A stretch of DNA of 64,000 nucleotides from Escherichia coli (GTDB taxonomy: Bacteria > Pseudomonadota > Gammaproteobacteria > Enterobacterales > Enterobacteriaceae): assembly GCF_024223415.1 (NCBI RefSeq), contig NZ_CP100500.1; one strand, written 5' to 3'. Positions 58,138-64,000 of the stretch are shown one piece after another. Below the pieces are notes generated by a model that saw only the letters and a program-made list of their open reading frames with translations, did not search any database and was not told the origin of the DNA. A program made the position numbers and the translations under genes. Position 1 is the stretch's first letter, and each line of letters opens with the position of its first letter.

Positions 58138-60037
58138 TATGATGAGTGCTGTCACAACAGCATTACAGCCCCTGATAAGGGCATTGCCGGTGACGGCAGT
58201 TGAATGGGCTGATCAAAATTATTATCTGCCTAAAGAATCTTCATATGGTGAGGGAGAATGGAAAACGCTGCCGTTCCAGATCGCCATCATGAACTGTATG
58301 GGCAACGATCTGATTCGCACTGTTAACCTGATTAAATCTGCCCGTGTTGGTTATACAAAGATGTTGCTGGGGGTGGTCGGGTATTTTATTGAGCATAAAT
58401 CCCGAAACAGTCTGCTTTTTCAGCCCACGGATTCTGCCGCTGAAGATTTTATGAAGTCTCACGTGGAGACGACGATTAGGGACGTGCCATGCCTGAAAGA
58501 CCTTTCCCCATGGCTGGGTCGTAAACATCGTGATAATACCCTCACGCTGAAACGCTTTTCATCGGGCGTCGGTTTCTGGTGCCTGGGCGGCGCTGCCGCC
58601 AAAAACTACCGTGAAAAATCCGTGGACGTGGTCTGCTATGACGAACTCTCATCGTTTGAACCTGATGTTGAAAAAGAGGGCTCGCCAACCCTGCTGGGGG
58701 ATAAGCGTATTGAGGGCTCTGTATGGCCAAAATCCATTCGCGGCTCGACGCCTAAAATCAAAGGCTCCTGCCAGATCGAAAAAGCCGCTAACGAGTCGGC
58801 ACATTTCATGCGTTTTTATGTGCCCTGTCCGCACTGTGGGGAGGAGCAGTATCTGAAATTTGGTGATGATGCCTCGGCTTTCGGTCTTAAGTGGGAGAAG
58901 AATAAGCCAGAAAGTGTTTTCTACCTTTGTGAGCATCATGGCTGTGTGATCCATCAGTCTGAGCTTGACCAGAGTAACGGGCGGTGGATCTGTGAAAACA
59001 CGGGGATGTGGACCCGTGACGGTCTGACGTTTTTCAGCGCCCGGGGTGATGAAATTCCGCCGCCGCGCTCCATCACTTTCCATATCTGGACGGCGTACAG
59101 TCCGTTCACCACCTGGGTACAGATAGTCTATGACTGGCTGGATGCACTGAAAGATCCCAACGGCCTGAAAACCTTTGTGAACACCACGCTGGGCGAGACC
59201 TGGGAAGAGGCCGTGGGCGAAAAACTCGATCACCAGGTACTGATGGATAAGGTTGTGCGTTACACGGCGGCGGTGCCTGCCCGGGTGGTTTATCTGACGG
59301 CGGGCATTGACTCGCAGCGAAACCGTTTTGAGATGTATGTCTGGGGATGGGCTCCGGGAGAGGAAGCCTTTCTGGTGGATAAAATCATCATTATGGGACG
59401 TCCCGATGAGGAAGAGACGCTGTTACGTGTGGATGCGGCGATCAACAAAAAATACTGCCATGCAGACGGAACCGAAATGACCATTTCCCGTGTCTGCTGG
59501 GACATCGGGGGGATCGATGGCGAAATCGTTTATCAGAGGTCAAAAAAACACGGTGTTTTCCGGGTGCTGCCGGTAAAAGGCGCATCTGTCTATGGCAAGC
59601 CGGTGATCACCATGCCAAAAACCCGCAATCAGCGGGGCGTGTATCTGTGTGAAGTGGGGACGGACACCGCAAAAGAAATTCTCTATGCCCGTATGAAAGC
59701 CGCTCCCACGCCTGCGGATGAATCCACGTCGTATGCCATCCGTTTTCCTGATGATCCGGAGATTTTTTCGCAGACAGAGGCGCAGCAACTGGTCGCGGAA
59801 GAGCTTGTGGAGAAGTGGGAAAAAGGAAAGATGCGTCTGCTGTGGGATAACAAAAAGCGGCGTAACGAAGCGCTGGACTGCCTGGTGTATGCCTACGCGG
59901 CATTACGTGTGTCCGTGCAACGCTGGCAGCTTGATCTGGCTGTACTGGCAAAATCCCGGGAAGAAGAGACGACCCGGCCAACCCTTAAAGAACTGGCAGC
60001 GAAGCTGTCCGGAGGAGTGAATGGTTACAGTCGCTGA
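58109..60037 (+). CDS. A: Terminase large subunit (lambda gpA-like, 642 aa)
   Basis: MNISEQQLNN...AVEWADQNYYLPKESSYGEGEWKTLPFQIAIMNCMG... closely parallels lambda gpA. Confidence 0.93.
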   Translation: MNISEQQLNNMMSAVTTALQPLIRALPVTAVEWADQNYYLPKESSYGEGEWKTLPFQIAIMNCMGNDLIRTVNLIKSARVGYTKMLLGVVGYFIEHKSRNSLLFQPTDSAAEDFMKSHVETTIRDVPCLKDLSPWLGRKHRDNTLTLKRFSSGVGFWCLGGAAAKNYREKSVDVVCYDELSSFEPDVEKEGSPTLLGDKRIEGSVWPKSIRGSTPKIKGSCQIEKAANESAHFMRFYVPCPHCGEEQYLKFGDDASAFGLKWEKNKPESVFYLCEHHGCVIHQSELDQSNGRWICENTGMWTRDGLTFFSARGDEIPPPRSITFHIWTAYSPFTTWVQIVYDWLDALKDPNGLKTFVNTTLGETWEEAVGEKLDHQVLMDKVVRYTAAVPARVVYLTAGIDSQRNRFEMYVWGWAPGEEAFLVDKIIIMGRPDEEETLLRVDAAINKKYCHADGTEMTISRVCWDIGGIDGEIVYQRSKKHGVFRVLPVKGASVYGKPVITMPKTRNQRGVYLCEVGTDTAKEILYARMKAAPTPADESTSYAIRFPDDPEIFSQTEAQQLVAEELVEKWEKGKMRLLWDNKKRRNEALDCLVYAYAALRVSVQRWQLDLAVLAKSREEETTRPTLKELAAKLSGGVNGYSR

Positions 60038-60227
60038 ACTGCAGGCGCTGCGTCAGGCGCGCCTTGATTTATTAACCGGTAAACGGGTGGTGTCTGTCCA
60101 GAAAGATGGTCGCAGAATTGAATATACGGCGGCTTCTCTGGATGAGCTTAACCGGGCGATCAATGATGCGGAGTCGGTACTGGGGACAACCCGACGTCGC
60201 CGTCGTCCGCTGGGAGTGAGGTTATGA
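60021..60227 (+). CDS. W: Head-tail joining protein gpW-like (68 aa)
   Basis: Size and position match lambda W. Confidence 0.8.
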   Translation: MVTVAELQALRQARLDLLTGKRVVSVQKDGRRIEYTAASLDELNRAINDAESVLGTTRRRRRPLGVRL

Positions 60228-61816
60228 AAAGAACGCCTGTCCTGATTGATGTGAACGGCGTTCCGCTTCGTGAGAGTCTCAGCTACAACGGGGGCGGCGC
60301 AGGATTTGGCGGGCAAATGGCGGAGTGGTTGCCACCGGCGCAGAGTGTCGATGCGGCCCTGCTGCCCGCGTTGCGTCTGGGGAATGCCCGGGCAGATGAT
60401 CTGGTGCGCAATAACGGAATAGCGGCTAATGCGGTGGCCCTGCATAAGGATCACATAGTCGGGCATATGTTTCTGATCAGCTACCGTCCGAACTGGCGCT
60501 GGCTGGGGATGCGGGAGACCGCAGCAAAAAGCTTTGTCGATGAGGTGGAGGCGGCCTGGTCGGAATACGCCGAAGGGATGTCTGGCGAGATCGACGTGGA
60601 AGGAAAACGCACGTTCACGGAATTTATCCGGGAAGGCGTGGGCGTTCATGCGTTTAACGGCGAAATCTTTGTGCAGCCGGTCTGGGATGCGGAGACTACG
60701 CAGCTGTTTCGTACGCGTTTTAAAGCCGTGAGTCCGAAACGGGTGGACACGCCAGGATACGGTTTGGGGAACCGCTTTCTGCGGGCCGGGGTGGAGGTCG
60801 ATCGGCATGGACGGGCCGTTGCGTACCATATCTGTGAGGATGATTTTCCGCTCTCTGGTAGTGGACGATGGGAACGGATCCCGCGTGAACTTCCCACCGG
60901 GCGTCCGGCCATGCTGCATATTTTCGAGCCGGTTGAGGACGGGCAGACCCGTGGGGCTAATCAGTTTTACAGCGTCATGGAACGGCTGAAAATGCTCGAT
61001 TCCCTGCAGGCAACACAGCTTCAGTCAGCCATAGTGAAGGCGATGTATGCAGCGACGATTGAAAGTGAACTTGATACCGAAAAGGCCTTTGAATATATCG
61101 CCGGTGCGCCGGAGGGGCAGAAGGATAATCCGCTTATTAATATTCTGGAGAAGTTCTCCAGCTGGTATGACACGAATAACGTGACACTGGGCGGTGTCAA
61201 AATTCCGCACCTTTTCCCCGGTGATGATCTGAAACTACAGACTGCGCAGGATTCAGACAATGGATTTTCTGCGCTTGAACAGGCGCTGCTGCGGTATATC
61301 GCCGCCGGTCTTGGCGTTTCCTACGAACAGTTGTCCCGTGATTACTCGAAGGTCAGCTATTCAAGTGCCCGCGCCTCCGCCAATGAGTCGTGGCGCTATT
61401 TTATGGGGCGGCGAAAATTTATTGCGGCCCGGCTGGCCACGCAGATGTTTTCCTGCTGGCTGGAAGAGGCTCTTCTGCGGGGGATTATTCGTCCGCCACG
61501 GGCGCGTTTTGATTTTTATCAGGCGCGTTCATCCTGGTCACGGGCAGAGTGGATTGGAGCCGGAAGAATGGCCATTGACGGGCTCAAGGAGGTCCAGGAA
61601 TCGGTGATGCGCATTGAGGCCGGACTGAGCACGTATGAGAAAGAGCTGGCGCTGATGGGTGAGGATTATCAGGACATTTTCCGCCAGCAGGTCAGGGAAT
61701 CTGCAGAGCGGGAAAAAGCCGGACTCTCACGTCCGGTGTGGATAGCGCAGGCGTATCAGCAGCAGATAGCGGCGAGTCGCAGGCCGGAAGAGGAGACAAC
61801 ACCACGTGAGACGTAA
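60224..61816 (+). CDS. B: Portal protein (lambda gpB-like, 530 aa)
   Basis: ORF track. Position after W. Lambda-like size. Confidence 0.9.
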   Translation: MKRTPVLIDVNGVPLRESLSYNGGGAGFGGQMAEWLPPAQSVDAALLPALRLGNARADDLVRNNGIAANAVALHKDHIVGHMFLISYRPNWRWLGMRETAAKSFVDEVEAAWSEYAEGMSGEIDVEGKRTFTEFIREGVGVHAFNGEIFVQPVWDAETTQLFRTRFKAVSPKRVDTPGYGLGNRFLRAGVEVDRHGRAVAYHICEDDFPLSGSGRWERIPRELPTGRPAMLHIFEPVEDGQTRGANQFYSVMERLKMLDSLQATQLQSAIVKAMYAATIESELDTEKAFEYIAGAPEGQKDNPLINILEKFSSWYDTNNVTLGGVKIPHLFPGDDLKLQTAQDSDNGFSALEQALLRYIAAGLGVSYEQLSRDYSKVSYSSARASANESWRYFMGRRKFIAARLATQMFSCWLEEALLRGIIRPPRARFDFYQARSSWSRAEWIGAGRMAIDGLKEVQESVMRIEAGLSTYEKELALMGEDYQDIFRQQVRESAEREKAGLSRPVWIAQAYQQQIAASRRPEEETTPRET

Positions 61817-63311
61817 TCTTTCACACATTATTGCCGCAGCATTCAATGAACCGCTGCTTCTGGAGCCCGCCTATGCGCGGGTTTTCTTTTGCGCGCTCGG
61901 GCGCGAGATGGGGGCAGCAAGTCTTTCGGTACCACAACAGCAGGTACAGCTTGATGCTCCCGGAATGCTGGCTGAAACGGACGAGTACATGGCCGGAGGT
62001 AAACGACCGGCCCGTGTTTACCGGGTGGTGAACGGTATTGCTGTACTGCCGGTGACCGGCATGCTGGTGCACCGGCTGGGTGGTATGCGGCCATTTTCCG
62101 GAATGACAGGCTATGACGGCATTGTCGCCTGTCTTCAGCAGGCAATGGCGGACACCGCTGTCCGGGGCGTACTGCTGGACATTGACAGTCCGGGCGGGCA
62201 GGTCGCAGGCGCGTTTGACTGCGCTGACATGATTTACCGCCTCCGTCAGCAGAAGCCGGTCTGGGCACTGTGCAATGACACGGCCTGTTCTGCAGCCATG
62301 CTGCTGGCGTCGGCCTGCTCCCGACGGCTGGTTACCCAGACATCCCGTATCGGCTCCATTGGCGTGATGATGAGCCATCTCAGCTATGCCGGTCATCTGG
62401 CGCAGGCCGGTGTGGATATCACGCTGATTTATGCCGGGGCGCACAAGGTGGATGGCAATCAGTTTGAAGCCTTACCGGAAGAGGTGCGTCAGGACATGCA
62501 GCAGCGCATTGATGCGGCACACCGGATGTTTGCCGAAAAAGTGGCGATGTATACCGGGCTGTCTGTGGATGTGGTCACGGGAACAGAGGCCGCCGTTTTT
62601 GAAGGTCAGTCCGGCATTGAGGCCGGGCTGGCGGATGAATTAGTCAATGCGTCGGATGCCATCAGTGTGATGACCACGGCGCTGTACACACATGATACAG
62701 GAGGCACTATGCCGCAATTAACTGCAACGGAAGCCGCCGCGCAGGAGAACCAGCGAGTGATGGGGATCCTGACGAGTAAGGAAGCGAAAGGACGTGAACA
62801 GCTTGCCACGATGCTGGCGGGACAACAGGGCATGAGCGTTGAACAGGCCCGGGAGATCCTGGCCGCGGCGGCACCACAGCAGCCGGTGGCATCCGCGCAG
62901 AGTGAAGCCGATCGCATTATGGCGTGTGAAGAGGCGAAAGGTCGTGAACAACTGGCGGCAACGCTGGCGGCGATGCCGGAGATGACGGTGGAAAAAGCCC
63001 GCCCGATCCTGGCAGCTTCACCGCAGGCGGATGCCGGACCATCACTCCGTGATCAGATCATGGCCCTGGATGAGGCAAAAGGGGCTGAGGCGCAGGCTGA
63101 ACAGCTGGCTGCCTGCCCGGGAATGACCGTGGAGAACGCCCGGGCTGTGCTGGCTGCGGGATCAGGTAAGGCAGAACCGGTCTCTGCATCCACAACCGCC
63201 ATGTTTGAACATTTCATGGCGAACCATTCACCGGCAGCGGTACAGGGTGGCGTGCCACAGACGTCAGCAGACGGTGATGCGGACGTGAAAATGCTCATGG
63301 CCATGCCATGA
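61806..63311 (+). CDS. C: Prohead protease / minor capsid protein C (S49 ClpP-like, 501 aa)
   Basis: S49 peptidase region (LLDIDSPGG...CSAAMLLASA). C-terminal alpha-helical repeats. Confidence 0.88.
   Translation: MRRNLSHIIAAAFNEPLLLEPAYARVFFCALGREMGAASLSVPQQQVQLDAPGMLAETDEYMAGGKRPARVYRVVNGIAVLPVTGMLVHRLGGMRPFSGMTGYDGIVACLQQAMADTAVRGVLLDIDSPGGQVAGAFDCADMIYRLRQQKPVWALCNDTACSAAMLLASACSRRLVTQTSRIGSIGVMMSHLSYAGHLAQAGVDITLIYAGAHKVDGNQFEALPEEVRQDMQQRIDAAHRMFAEKVAMYTGLSVDVVTGTEAAVFEGQSGIEAGLADELVNASDAISVMTTALYTHDTGGTMPQLTATEAAAQENQRVMGILTSKEAKGREQLATMLAGQQGMSVEQAREILAAAAPQQPVASAQSEADRIMACEEAKGREQLAATLAAMPEMTVEKARPILAASPQADAGPSLRDQIMALDEAKGAEAQAEQLAACPGMTVENARAVLAAGSGKAEPVSASTTAMFEHFMANHSPAAVQGGVPQTSADGDADVKMLMAMP
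62709..63311 (+). CDS. nu3: Nested in-frame scaffolding protein (Nu3-like, 200 aa)
   Basis: AGGAGG at 62699-62704 lies 4 nt before the in-frame ATG at 62709 (MPQLTATEAAAQ...). Lambda expresses Nu3 in the same way from inside C. Confidence 0.55.
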   Translation: MPQLTATEAAAQENQRVMGILTSKEAKGREQLATMLAGQQGMSVEQAREILAAAAPQQPVASAQSEADRIMACEEAKGREQLAATLAAMPEMTVEKARPILAASPQADAGPSLRDQIMALDEAKGAEAQAEQLAACPGMTVENARAVLAAGSGKAEPVSASTTAMFEHFMANHSPAAVQGGVPQTSADGDADVKMLMAMP

Positions 63312-63347
63312 AGCCAGTGCTGACCATCAATAGGAGGTTTTTACAAT

Positions 63348-63695
63348 ATGGTAACGAAAACCATCACTGAACAGCGTGCGGAAGTACGTATTTTTGCCGG
63401 TAATGATCCGGCTCATACCGCCACAGGCAGCAGCGGGATTTCCTCGCCAACACCGGCACTGACGCCCCTGATGCTGGATGAAGCCACCGGGAAACTGGTG
63501 GTCTGGGACGGACAGAAAGCCGGTAGTGCGGTTGGCATACTGGTACTGCCGCTTGAAGGCACAGAGACGGTGCTGACGTATTACAAGTCGGGAACCTTTG
63601 CGACGGAGGCAATCCGCTGGCCTGACAGTGTGGATGAACACAAAAAGGCCAACGCCTTTGCCGGTAGTGCCCTGAGTCACGCGGCGCTGCCGTAA
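63348..63695 (+). CDS. D: Head decoration protein (lambda gpD-like, 115 aa)
   Basis: NDPAHTATG...TPLMLD...KLVVWDG...AVGIL...YKSGTF...AFAGSA parallels lambda gpD. Confidence 0.9.
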   Translation: MVTKTITEQRAEVRIFAGNDPAHTATGSSGISSPTPALTPLMLDEATGKLVVWDGQKAGSAVGILVLPLEGTETVLTYYKSGTFATEAIRWPDSVDEHKKANAFAGSALSHAALP

Positions 63696-63703
63696 CACGT
63701 TAT

Positions 63704-63723
63704 CAGGCCACCGCGGTGGCCTG
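63704..63723 (+). terminator. Perfect 20-bp palindrome/hairpin between D and E
   Basis: CAGGCCACCGCGGTGGCCTG. There is no strong T-run, so it may be an attenuator or a processing site. Confidence 0.4.
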
Positions 63724-63752
63724 ACTGATTTCTGAATGAAAGGAACTGATTT

Positions 63753-64000
63753 ATGGGATTGTTTACGACCCGCCAGTTACTCGGTTATACCGAACAAAAA
63801 GTGAAATTTCGTGCGCTGTTTCTGGAGCTGTTTTTCCGTCGTACGGTGAATTTCCATACCGAAGAGGTGATGCTGGACAAAATTACCGGAAAAACGCCGG
63901 TGGCGGCCTATGTCTCCCCGGTTGTTGAAGGAAAAGTGCTGCGTCATCGTGGTGGTGAAACCCGCGTGTTGCGTCCGGGCTACGTCAAGCCGAAACACGA
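63753..64000 (+). CDS. E: Major capsid protein (lambda gpE-like), N-terminal part, runs off the right edge
   Basis: MGLFTTRQLLGYTEQKVKFRALFLELFFRR...YVSPVVEGKVLRHRGGETRVLRPGYVKPKH parallels lambda gpE. Confidence 0.9.
   Translation, partial: MGLFTTRQLLGYTEQKVKFRALFLELFFRRTVNFHTEEVMLDKITGKTPVAAYVSPVVEGKVLRHRGGETRVLRPGYVKPKH

Larger units (their letters stand above)
36661..64000. mobile_element. Lambdoid prophage integrated in yecE (left junction ~36655-36665; right end beyond window)
   Basis: int-xis, immunity, replication, Q, lysis, cos and lambda-like head genes all follow in order from the broken yecE. Confidence 0.93.

Noticed and set aside
60053-60919. 288-aa minus-strand ORF
   Set aside because: It is antisense to the gpW and portal genes of a lambda-like head module. 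The composition is Arg/Pro-rich and non-protein-like.
61821-62444. 207-aa and 141-aa minus-strand ORFs
   Set aside because: They are antisense to the gpC protease gene in a GC-rich region.

Overview
The window is Escherichia coli chromosome, collinear with the K-12 ftnA-yecE region in reverse orientation, and it ends in a lambdoid prophage. All identifications come from reading the sequence and ORF track and from recalled K-12 and lambda proteins; no searches were run.

Backbone, 1-36.66 kb: ftnA', yecR, azuC, yecJ, ftnB, araFGH, otsBA, uspC, flhDC, motAB-cheAW, tar-tap-cheRBYZ, flhBAE, yecT, argS, yecM, cutC (with the internal MicL sRNA), torYZ, cmoBA, yecN and yecE. Every backbone gene has its K-12 length except two. 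flhC has a 1-bp deletion that breaks the flagellar master regulator. yecE has lost its 5' end to the prophage.

Prophage, about 36.66 kb to the window edge (over 27 kb, right end not seen):
- int and xis.
- An early-left operon of unrecognisable genes. It includes an SPFH/band-7 lipoprotein with small membrane partners and two neighbouring proteins that share a domain.
- A candidate pL with an operator palindrome, then a cI-like S24 repressor and a Cro/YdaS-like protein.
- KilA-N/antirepressor, Lar, Rha, an O-like protein, a DnaC-like loader and a DnaB-like helicase.
- DUF968, Q, and a porin gene with a premature stop.
- One good tRNA followed by two decayed tRNA-like sequences, in the slot where Stx phages carry stx. 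No toxin gene is present.
- A lysis cassette, several moron-like genes, and a lambda-type cos.
- Lambda-like Nu1/A/W/B/C(Nu3)/D/E head genes.

The most unusual signal is a GC-rich ~210-nt element between lar and rha (44798-45006). It has three copies of a bipartite repeat and a 16-bp helix whose mismatches are all G-U on the + strand. This looks like a structured cis-regulatory RNA rather than coding sequence.
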